Shown here piece by piece: positions 13,477-21,654 of a stretch of DNA of 64,000 nucleotides (position 1 is its first letter; the number at the start of each line of letters is the position of its first letter). Both the position numbers and the translations under genes were made by a program. The notes under the pieces are model-generated. The model ran no database searches, was not told where the DNA came from, and worked only from the letters and a program-made list of their open reading frames with translations. Source of the stretch: an uncultured delta proteobacterium (GTDB taxonomy: Bacteria > Myxococcota_A > UBA9160 > SMWR01); assembly GCA_963832165.1 (NCBI GenBank), contig CAWHTE010000011.1, positions 64,001 to 128,000 on the forward strand. Direction: 5' to 3'.

Positions 13477-14865
13477 GTGGAGAGCGAACCCCCGATTGCC
13501 GCGACCACGACGTTCTCGCTGAAGGGCCGTCCGCGCGCGATCGCGCTCGAGGCAGAGGGGCTCCACCACCCGACCGGATCGCGCTGGGGCCGCGGACGCG
13601 TCTACACGGCCTACCGCGACGTCACGCACCTCGCGACTTCGTCGCGCGCGGTCTGGCTCGGCACGCGGCGCTCCGTATACGTGATCGCGCGCCGCACGTT
13701 CGTGGATCTGCACGGCCCCGAGCACCTCGTGCGCGCGCTGCTCGCCGAGATCGCGCGCCAGCCGCTCGGCTCTGCGCAGCTCGCGCGCATGGCCGAGATC
13801 GAAGAGACCGCGCGCGAGCGGTCGCCGCTGCGCGCGACCTGGGGTCTCGTGCTCCTGTGCACCGCGATCTATGCCGCGCAGGTGATCGGCGGAGACGACG
13901 TGCATGCCGTGGGCTACTTCACGGGCGTACTCGCGGGCGATGGCGACTGGTGGCGTGTCGTTACCGGCAATCTGCTGCACGCGAACGCACTGCACCTGAT
14001 CCTGAATCTGCTCGGGCTGATCGCGATCGGCTCGCTCGTGGAACGCGCGCTCGGCACTGCGCGCGCGATCTGCGTGATGGCGGCGTCGGGTTTCGGCGCG
14101 ATGGGCGCGAGCGCGTGGTGGAGCGACCTTCCCGTGGTGGGCGTCTCGGGGGTCGTATTCGGGTTGATCGCGGCGCTGCTCGTGCTGGAGCTCCGCTTCG
14201 CCGACCGGCTGCCCGCGTGGTGGCGTGTGCCGCGCAGCGCGCTGTTCGGGATGATCGCGATGAGCGCGCTGCTCTCGCTCCTGCCGTTCATCGCGGCCGC
14301 CGCGCACGCGGGCGGCTTCCTGGCCGGCGGCGCGGCCGCGATCGTGCTCGCGGGATCCGGGCTCTCGATGCGGCCGAGCGCGCTCCCCGTGCGCGCAGTG
14401 GCCGGCGCGAGCGCGGTGATCGCGCTGATCGCGGTCGGAGCGGCTGCCTACGAGCTCACGAGGCCGGGGGAGTTCGCTGCGCGCTACGTGGCGCGGCTCG
14501 CTCATCTGCCCGACGTCAGCGCGGAAGAGCTCAACAACGCGGCGTGGATGATCGCGGTCGACGAGCAGTCGTCGCCCGAGCTGCTCGAGGCCGCGCTCGA
14601 GCTCGCCGAGCGCGCCGTCGACGACACCGAGCATTCGCAGGCGCACATCCTGGACACGCTCGCGGAAGTGCACTTCCAGCTCGGCCATCGCGAGGAAGCG
14701 GTCACGGCAATCGAAGAGGCGATCCAGCGCGAGCCCTCCGAGGACTACTACCGCGAGCAACGCCGGCGCTTCCTCGGCGAGCGCGAACCCGAGGATCGCC
14801 CCTACCTCCCGCCGCAGCCCGCTGAGCCCGAAGGGGAGACGGACGAGGGCGGGTTCAGCGTCTAG
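13477..14865 (+). CDS. Rhomboid intramembrane serine protease with C-terminal TPR-like region
   Basis: 'WWRVVTGNLLH...HLILN', 'VGVSG', 'AHAGG'; 'LNNAAW...ILDTLAEVHFQLG'. Confidence 0.88.
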   Translation: MESEPPIAATTTFSLKGRPRAIALEAEGLHHPTGSRWGRGRVYTAYRDVTHLATSSRAVWLGTRRSVYVIARRTFVDLHGPEHLVRALLAEIARQPLGSAQLARMAEIEETARERSPLRATWGLVLLCTAIYAAQVIGGDDVHAVGYFTGVLAGDGDWWRVVTGNLLHANALHLILNLLGLIAIGSLVERALGTARAICVMAASGFGAMGASAWWSDLPVVGVSGVVFGLIAALLVLELRFADRLPAWWRVPRSALFGMIAMSALLSLLPFIAAAAHAGGFLAGGAAAIVLAGSGLSMRPSALPVRAVAGASAVIALIAVGAAAYELTRPGEFAARYVARLAHLPDVSAEELNNAAWMIAVDEQSSPELLEAALELAERAVDDTEHSQAHILDTLAEVHFQLGHREEAVTAIEEAIQREPSEDYYREQRRRFLGEREPEDRPYLPPQPAEPEGETDEGGFSV

Positions 14866-14879
14866 GCCCGCGCAAGGTC

Positions 14880-16382
14880 GTGAAGCCGACGAAGCCGCCC
14901 GGATCCTGGAACGCTGCCTGTGCTCGCGCGGGAACGGCGGCGTGGCTCGTGCTTCCCGCGCCCGCGGCTGCGCATTCCTTCGGGCGCGTCTACAACCTGC
15001 CGGTCCCGTTCTGGCTCTACGGATTCGCAGCCGCTGCAGCGCTGCTCCTGTCCTTCCTGATCGTCGGATACTTCGTCGCGGTGCCGCGGTCTGCGTCGGC
15101 CGAGGGAGCGCGCGACATCGGGCAGCTCGGCTGGGTTCGCGCGCTGCGCCGCGTTCGTCTCGTGCCGGCGCTCGCAGTGATGAGCGTGCTCGGGCTGCTG
15201 CTCTGCATCCTCACGGGCTTCTTCGGCAGCCGCGATCCCTACCGGAATTTCAGCATGACCTTCTTCTGGGTCGTGTTCACGCTGGGATTCGCCTACTTCA
15301 CTGCTCTCGTCGGCAACCTGTACGACGCGATCAATCCCTGGCGTGTGATCACGCAGGCGCTCGCGCGGGTGTTTCCGCAGTTCGCGCGCGGGCGGGTGCA
15401 TTATCCGGATGCGCTCTCGTACTGGCCCGCGCTCGGTCTCTACATGGCGTTCATCTGGATCGAGCTCTTCGGTCGCACCACGCCGTTCTCGCTCGCCGCC
15501 TGTCTGCTCGCGTACACGTTCATCAACCTCGCCGGCGCGTGGTGGTTCGGATCGCCCGCATGGTTCCGATACGCCGAGTTCCTGAGCGTCTTCATGCGAC
15601 AGCTCGGGCGCATGGCGCCGCTCGAGTATCGGCTTGCGGTGCCCGACGGCACCGCAAGCCGATTGCGCTGGCGCGTCCCGTTCTCGGGCTTGCTGCAGGA
15701 ACGCGCCGAGAGCCTGAGCCTGGTCGTGTTCGGGCTGTTCATGCTCTCGTCCACGGCCTTTGACGGCCTGCGCACGACGGCGGTCTGGTTCAGGCTCTTC
15801 TGGGACGATCCCACGGGCCTCCTGTTCGCCTGGCAGGGACGCAACCCCATCTACGCGTTCGAGACGCTGCGGCCGTACTACCTCGCGTACGAGACGTTCT
15901 GGCTGGTGGCGTCTCCGTTCGTGTACCTGGCGATCTATCTCGGGTTCATCTGGCTCGCGCGGCTCGTCACGCGCAGCGTGCGGCCGATGCGCGAGCTCGC
16001 GCTCGACTTCGCCCATACGCTCTTGCCGATCGCCCTGGTCTACAACGTCACGCACTACTTCACGCTGATCCTGACCGAGGGCGCGAGGATCGTGAGCCTC
16101 TCGTCCGACCCCTTCGGCTGGGGATGGGATCTGCTGGGCACGGCGGGCGTGCTCCGCGCGCCGATCATCCCGGACATGAACTGGGTCTGGCACGCGCAGG
16201 TCGCGCTGATCCTGTTCGGCCACATCGCGAGCGTCTATTTCGCGCACGTCGTCGCGCTGCGCGTGTTCGCGACGCGACGCGCGGCGATGCTGAGTCAGCT
16301 GCCGATGCTGGGCCTGATGGTGCTCTTCACCGTCGCGGGGCTCTGGATCCTCGCGCAGCCGATCCAGTCGGGAGCGCGATAG
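14880..16382 (+). CDS. Polytopic membrane protein (FedB-like family)
   Basis: 'AHSFGRVYNLPVPFWLY', 'FAHTLLPIALVYNVTHY', 'SDPFGWGWDLLGT'. Confidence 0.7.
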   Translation: MKPTKPPGSWNAACARAGTAAWLVLPAPAAAHSFGRVYNLPVPFWLYGFAAAAALLLSFLIVGYFVAVPRSASAEGARDIGQLGWVRALRRVRLVPALAVMSVLGLLLCILTGFFGSRDPYRNFSMTFFWVVFTLGFAYFTALVGNLYDAINPWRVITQALARVFPQFARGRVHYPDALSYWPALGLYMAFIWIELFGRTTPFSLAACLLAYTFINLAGAWWFGSPAWFRYAEFLSVFMRQLGRMAPLEYRLAVPDGTASRLRWRVPFSGLLQERAESLSLVVFGLFMLSSTAFDGLRTTAVWFRLFWDDPTGLLFAWQGRNPIYAFETLRPYYLAYETFWLVASPFVYLAIYLGFIWLARLVTRSVRPMRELALDFAHTLLPIALVYNVTHYFTLILTEGARIVSLSSDPFGWGWDLLGTAGVLRAPIIPDMNWVWHAQVALILFGHIASVYFAHVVALRVFATRRAAMLSQLPMLGLMVLFTVAGLWILAQPIQSGAR

Positions 16383-18114
16383 CGCGCCGGCGCGCGAGCG
16401 CCGCGAGTACGGCGGCGCCCGCGGCGAGCGAGAGCGAGGTCCCGGACTCGGGCAGTGCGGTGAGCACGGCGGAGGTGCCCGGCGATCCGGGGTCGCCCAG
16501 CGGGATCTCGAGCGCGGGACGCCCGTGGGCGACGTTCTTGGCGTCGAGGGCCAGATGCTCGCGAAGCTTGCCCTCGAGCCGCACGACCCAGAAGCCGCCG
16601 CTCGCGGTCGAGAACCAGATCTCCCCGCGCTCGGCGTCGTAGTGGTTGTGCGCCCACGCCTGGTCGAGCTGCGTGGCCGCCGTCGGGTCGACGTCGCCCG
16701 GGTTGAAGTACGCGACTTCCGTCGGCCGCACCGGGTCGCGCACGTCGAACACGCGGATCCCGGCGTTCCACATCGACGCGATCGCGAAGGTGGTGTCCGT
16801 CGCGTCGTCGAAGTCGTGGTAATGCACCGACTGCGCGGTATTCGAGTCGTTCTGCGCCAGGCAGTTCTCGACCTGGTTGATCTCGAGGCCCATCTGCGAG
16901 GCGAGCACCGGAGCCGTGGGGTCGTCGATGTTGGTGAGCCACGGCTCCGCGGGCCCGAGGGCCGGGTTCAGGATCTCGGGAAGGCAACCGGTCGCGTCGC
17001 CGATGCTCTCCTCCGAGTGGATCACATAGCGCTTGCCGCCGATCGTGCCGGGACGCACCGAATGGCCGCGTCCGCTGCGCTGGCTGATGGCGCGCGGCAT
17101 CCCCTTCGGCGTGTTCGACGCGTCGCGCTCGAGCCACTCCGTGACGTCGAGGATCGTGAAGATCTCGAACACGGGGAGCTGCGAGCCGAGGTAGAGGATC
17201 TTGCTGTCCGCACTCCAGTCGATGTTGGTCGCGGCCTCGTGACTCGTGTAGAGCGGGTGCTGGATCTCGCGAATCTCGGGGGGCAGGAAGTCATCGACGT
17301 CGGCGTACGGTCCGGGCGCCAGCATCGGGCCTTCCATCACGTCGTGCAGGTTGCCGAGGTAGACGACGCCCGTCTGCGGATCGGAGTCCCACAGCCCGGA
17401 GATGTCGACCATCTGGAGCGGCTGCGTGGCAATGACGTATCGGCCGTCGGGCGAGATCGTCAGGTTGTGGATGTTGTCCGGCCAGAAGTACGTGGCCATG
17501 TGCTTCCACTTGCTGCAGTCCGGGTCCGAGACGTCGTAGATGTCCATCGGCCTCGGGTTCAGTTCCACTGGCAGGCTCAAGATGGTGTTGCCGTACTGGC
17601 CGGCCACGAGGATCGACCGGCCCGACGGTGTCGTGAGGGCATGAATCGTCTCGCCCACCGCGACCGAGCCGGGGTGGCGGAGCGTGGCGACGTGTTTCGG
17701 ATGTGCGCTGTCGGCGACGTCGACCACCGCCACTCCGCTGCCGGGCCCCACGCTCGGTAGGCCCGCCACCGTGAGGTTGTTGCCGACGTACGCGCAGTGG
17801 CCCGCGAACGCCGTGTTGGCGTTGCCCGTGGGCGTTCGACCGTCGAAGTCGAGCCGGGTGTGGCCAACGAGCGAGAGGCCGCAGTTGTAGCCGAGCTGCG
17901 CGCGCCCCGAGGTCTGATCCGGCCGCGGAACGTCTCCCTGGATGCCGGGCTCCGGAAGGTCGTTCGCACCGCACTGATGATCCTGTAACAGCACCGTTTC
18001 GAGGTTGTAGATGTCCGGATCCCAGTCGGCGGAGGCGAGGTAGGCGACGAGCGGGAGCCCGCACAGCGCACCACCGGCGGCCAGCGCGATCGTCGTCCTG
18101 CGGATGGACTTCAT
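16327..18114 (-). CDS. Secreted LVIVD-repeat/beta-propeller protein with PEP-CTERM-like tail
   Basis: Signal peptide; 'GVAVVDVAD', 'GIRVFDVRDP..PTEVAYF'; C-terminal 'LPESG'-hydrophobic-RRR. Confidence 0.72.
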   Translation of the reverse strand: MKSIRRTTIALAAGGALCGLPLVAYLASADWDPDIYNLETVLLQDHQCGANDLPEPGIQGDVPRPDQTSGRAQLGYNCGLSLVGHTRLDFDGRTPTGNANTAFAGHCAYVGNNLTVAGLPSVGPGSGVAVVDVADSAHPKHVATLRHPGSVAVGETIHALTTPSGRSILVAGQYGNTILSLPVELNPRPMDIYDVSDPDCSKWKHMATYFWPDNIHNLTISPDGRYVIATQPLQMVDISGLWDSDPQTGVVYLGNLHDVMEGPMLAPGPYADVDDFLPPEIREIQHPLYTSHEAATNIDWSADSKILYLGSQLPVFEIFTILDVTEWLERDASNTPKGMPRAISQRSGRGHSVRPGTIGGKRYVIHSEESIGDATGCLPEILNPALGPAEPWLTNIDDPTAPVLASQMGLEINQVENCLAQNDSNTAQSVHYHDFDDATDTTFAIASMWNAGIRVFDVRDPVRPTEVAYFNPGDVDPTAATQLDQAWAHNHYDAERGEIWFSTASGGFWVVRLEGKLREHLALDAKNVAHGRPALEIPLGDPGSPGTSAVLTALPESGTSLSLAAGAAVLAALARRRAIALPTGSAARGSRAPRR

Positions 18115-18272
18115 GATGGCCTCCCAACCCCCCGCGGCCGTCGCAGCGACAGCGTTAGTTCTGGAGCGGGCATGATCGCATCTGGGCGCGCCGCGCGGCA
18201 ACCCAATCTCTCACTGGAAGAGCGCCGTTCCGCGCCCCGGGGGTCGCGCGCGTGGATTCGCTGCCGAGATGG

Positions 18273-19391
18273 TTAGGCGTTCGTACTACGTGCGCTCCGG
18301 CGGCGCAGCACCTTCGCGCGGAACGCGCGGATCACCGGGAGCCGATCGGTCCAGGCCGACGCGTCGAGCCGCGCGGGGTCGAGCTCGCTCGGGGCACCCG
18401 CAAAGCCTTCGGGAATCTGACTGTGGAGCGTGGGCGGGCGCGTCGACTCGTCGACATAACAGTACTCGTAGCCGGGCACACAGAGATCTTCGGCTGCGTG
18501 CACGTCGATCGAGCGGACCCCGAACGGCGTGATCTCGGTGGTGAGCGCCTGCGGAGGAATGATCCACGCGTGCCGCGGCGCCGCGACGAACTGGTACTGG
18601 ATCTGCCGGTTGCGCGACAGGATCCGGAACTTGCGGATCGCGCCGCCGTAGAAGCGGCTGTGCGAGCGGTGCATCTCGAGCACGCCGCGCGTGAAGTCGG
18701 GCTCGAAGCCCGCGGCGAAGCGCAGTGAGCCCGGGTCGTTCTTGCGCGTGAACCACGCGACGTCGCGACCGCGCCGGATCCGGTTGCGCAGGTTCGCGCG
18801 CGCGCGCCGGCGCGGCCCGGCGAAGTCCTCGTAGGGCTCGAGTCGGCGGTCGGGTGCGCGGCGCAACAGCCGCCCCACCGCGGCGGTGTCGCTGCGCGGC
18901 CGCGCGGAGCGGCGCGTCAGATCGTCGAGCGCCCCCTGGATCTCGAGCGGGAGGTTCGTGGTCTCCTCGAACGTGGCCAGGATCTCCTCGCCGTCCTGGA
19001 CCACCCAGCGCACGTCTCCCTTGCCCATCCAGTTCTCGTGCTCGGAGCGGATGAAGTGGCTCGGCGACCGCCACACGAGCGAGTAGTCCTTCGAGAACAG
19101 GTGCGGATAGATCCGCTGCGAATCGCTCGTGGGCAGGATCCACGCCACGAAGAAGCGCAGCGTTCCCTCCCAGCTGCGGTCCTCGCGCATGTCCGTCAGG
19201 TAGTAGGTCGTGTCGAACAGTCGAATCGCATGCTTCGGCAGATACGCGCGCACCAGCTGCATCGGGTTGGCGCGCGCGCTGCCCGACGGGCGGATCTGTA
19301 CGCCCCGTTCGAGGAGGTCGCGGAACTCGCGCGCGATCTTCCGCGCGTCGCTCTCGGCTTCCACGCCCTTTGTGATTCGCGTCTCGAGCAC
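18273..19391 (-). CDS. Hypothetical protein (372 aa)
   Basis: Long ORF with protein-like composition; family not recognised. Confidence 0.7.
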   Translation of the reverse strand: MLETRITKGVEAESDARKIAREFRDLLERGVQIRPSGSARANPMQLVRAYLPKHAIRLFDTTYYLTDMREDRSWEGTLRFFVAWILPTSDSQRIYPHLFSKDYSLVWRSPSHFIRSEHENWMGKGDVRWVVQDGEEILATFEETTNLPLEIQGALDDLTRRSARPRSDTAAVGRLLRRAPDRRLEPYEDFAGPRRRARANLRNRIRRGRDVAWFTRKNDPGSLRFAAGFEPDFTRGVLEMHRSHSRFYGGAIRKFRILSRNRQIQYQFVAAPRHAWIIPPQALTTEITPFGVRSIDVHAAEDLCVPGYEYCYVDESTRPPTLHSQIPEGFAGAPSELDPARLDASAWTDRLPVIRAFRAKVLRRRSARSTNA

Positions 19392-19399
19392 CGCACACC

Positions 19400-20365
19400 C
19401 TACGGCGTGAATTCGTCCCCGTCGTGCGCGACCGCGATCGGACCGTCGTACGAGTCATCGACGAGGCTCGTGATCTGCAGGTCGAGCACGGCGGGCTGTC
19501 GCATGCGGATCAGCACGAGCGCGCCGACCTGGGCGCGCCGCGCGATCGCGCCGACCTCCGCGAAGTCGGTGTAGATCGCGGCCTCGCGCTTCAGGCGCTC
19601 CGGGTCGACGGTCAGGTTCGCGGCCTCCGCCTCCTCGGGCGTCGGCACGTGATTGAGATCGTGGAACAGGAAGTCGGCGCGGCGCGCGAGCGCCTCGAGC
19701 GCGGGACCGTCCCAGCCGGTGCCGCCGATCACTGCGCTCTTGTTCTTTGCCTCGATCCGCCATGCGAGCGCGGGCAGGGGACCCCCCGCGAGCGCGCCCG
19801 CGCGCAGCGCGAGCGCGCCGAGCGTCTCCTCGGCGCCATCGCCGACCTCGCGCGCGTCGAGCGCGGGCGGCGCGGGGTCGTCGCCGAGCGCGCGCGAGCG
19901 CGCGACCACGCCCGCGGAGATCTGCGCGACCACGTGCTGCGCGAGATCCGCGGTGCCGGGCGGGCCGACCACGCGCAGCGGCGCGCGCCGTCCGGCGAAC
20001 CACGCCGCGGCGAGCAGGTCGTCGAGGCCGACCGTGTTCTCGGGCAGGAGGCTCGTGAGCACGACGAGGCCGGGCTGGCTCGGCGGGATCTTCGCCGCGC
20101 GCAGAGCCTCGGCGACGCCACGGCCCGCGTCCACGAGCAGGACCGAGTCCCCGAGACCCACCGCGATCGAGGTCCCGCGCCGGTTGTGATCCTCGCCGGC
20201 CGCAGCGGTGCCGAGCACCACCAGCATAAAGCGTTCGAATTCGCGCGGCGTGAGCGGCAGGAAGCCCGCCGAGACGCGGTCGAACTGCCACGCCGCGCAC
20301 GTGAGCACCCAGCTCATCACGCCCACCGCGAGCGCAAGCACGAGCCCGACGACGCGCAGGTTCAC
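19400..20365 (-). CDS. MBL-fold (RNase Z/arylsulfatase-like) protein with N-terminal TM and degenerate metal motif
   Basis: 'VVLGTAA', 'LLVDAGRG', 'VVGPPG', 'VAHDG'; GTGA overlap with purU. Confidence 0.75.
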   Translation of the reverse strand: MNLRVVGLVLALAVGVMSWVLTCAAWQFDRVSAGFLPLTPREFERFMLVVLGTAAAGEDHNRRGTSIAVGLGDSVLLVDAGRGVAEALRAAKIPPSQPGLVVLTSLLPENTVGLDDLLAAAWFAGRRAPLRVVGPPGTADLAQHVVAQISAGVVARSRALGDDPAPPALDAREVGDGAEETLGALALRAGALAGGPLPALAWRIEAKNKSAVIGGTGWDGPALEALARRADFLFHDLNHVPTPEEAEAANLTVDPERLKREAAIYTDFAEVGAIARRAQVGALVLIRMRQPAVLDLQITSLVDDSYDGPIAVAHDGDEFTP

Positions 20366-21222
20366 GAGAAGACGACCGTCTTGTTTCCGTATACGAGCAC
20401 GCGGTCTTCGAGGTGCCAGCGAACCGCGCGCGAGAGCACGTTGCGCTCGACGTCGGCGCCCTTGCGAACCAGTTCGGCAGCGGTGTCCCGGTGCGAGGCG
20501 CGGATCACGTCCTGCTCGATGATCGGACCCTCGTCGAGGTCCTTGGTGGCGTAGTGCGCCGTAGCGCCGATCAGCTTCACGCCGCGCTCGTGCGCCTGCT
20601 GGTACGGGCGCCCGCCGCTGAACGAGGGCAGGAACGAGTGGTGGATGTTGATGATGCGATGGGCGAAGCGCTCGACGAACTCCGAGGAGAGGATCTGCAT
20701 GTAGCGCGCGAGCACGACCAGATCGATCCGCTCCGATTCGAGCAGCGCGATCTGCGCGGCCTCCGAAGCGGCCTTCGTCTCGGACTTCACGGGGATCACG
20801 CGGTACGGGATGCCGAACTGCGCCGCGACCGGTGCGAGCTGTTGGTGGTTGGAGACGATCAGCGGGAGATCGCACACGAGCTCGCCCGAGCGGTGGCGCA
20901 GCAGCAGATCCCAGAGGCAGTGATCGGTGCGCGAGACGAAGATCGCCACGCGCTTGCGGCACACGGAGTCGCACAGGCGCCAGGTCATGCGCAGGCGCTC
21001 GGCCACCTCGGCGATCGCGGCCTCGAGGCTCGTGCGATCGGTGCGCAGCTCCGCGGTGTCGAAGTGGATCCGCTGGAAGAAGATGCCCGCGGTCGTGTCG
21101 GTGTGCTGATCGGCGTCGAGGATGTTGGCGCCGTGCCCGTAGAGAAGCTGGGCGAGCGCCGCGACGATCCCGCGCTGGTCGGGGCAGGAGACGAGCAGCG
21201 TGGCAGTGGAGGAGTGGGGCAC
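20362..21222 (-). CDS. purU: Formyltetrahydrofolate deformylase
   Basis: ACT domain 'CPDQRGIVA'; 'LARYMQILS', 'INIHHSFLPSF', 'GVKLIGATAHY...LDEGPIIEQ'. Confidence 0.96.
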   Translation of the reverse strand: MPHSSTATLLVSCPDQRGIVAALAQLLYGHGANILDADQHTDTTAGIFFQRIHFDTAELRTDRTSLEAAIAEVAERLRMTWRLCDSVCRKRVAIFVSRTDHCLWDLLLRHRSGELVCDLPLIVSNHQQLAPVAAQFGIPYRVIPVKSETKAASEAAQIALLESERIDLVVLARYMQILSSEFVERFAHRIINIHHSFLPSFSGGRPYQQAHERGVKLIGATAHYATKDLDEGPIIEQDVIRASHRDTAAELVRKGADVERNVLSRAVRWHLEDRVLVYGNKTVVFS

Positions 21223-21254
21223 GCGCGCGAAGGTATCGGAATCGGAGTGCGGGC

Positions 21255-21330
21255 AAAAAAAGGCCCCGAGAGCAGGCGCCGGTGGTACCGGCAACCTTCG
21301 GAGCGGCTACGGCATCCGCGCTCTCGGGGC
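21255..21330 (-). terminator. Intrinsic-terminator-like hairpin upstream of purU
   Basis: 11-bp stem 21263-21273/21320-21330 followed by U7 on the minus strand. Confidence 0.6.
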
Positions 21331-21386
21331 GGTGGCGCTGGGAACCTGCGTCCCCTTTGCCGAGATTTGGAATTCGGCTCGTGGCG

Positions 21387-21431
21387 CTAGGACGCCGCCA
21401 CCTCACTCGCCGTAGTACTGCTTTGGTTCAC
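21387..21431 (-). CDS. Candidate 14-aa peptide MNQSSTTASEVAAS
   Basis: SD GGAGGTGA (21443-21436) just upstream of GTG; TAG at 21389-21387. Confidence 0.4.
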   Translation of the reverse strand: MNQSSTTASEVAAS

Positions 21432-21654
21432 CGAATCACCTCCGTCTCGGCGTGGGGTACATCCAGCGGGGCCCAGACCCCGCCTCCTGACCGGTTCCCA
21501 AGGTGGTCGCCGTTACCGCCCCTTTCCGGCCGCCCCACCCGGCCGACTTCGGCCGACTGGGACTTGGGGACGAGTGAGGTCCCCTGCAACGCAACTTATC
21601 GGACGGCCGGCGGGATCACCAGACTCGTTCCCTTGAAAGCCAGGCAGGCAAACG

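Larger units (their letters stand above)
21255..21590 (-). ncRNA. Candidate structured RNA/leader of unknown family
   Basis: Several inverted repeats, embedded mini-ORF and terminator in a ~430-bp intergenic gap. Confidence 0.45.

Noticed and set aside
21255..21590. tmRNA, RNase P or ZTP/THF/glycine riboswitch
   Set aside because: No tRNA-like ends, no GAGGAAAGTCC, no recognisable aptamer consensus
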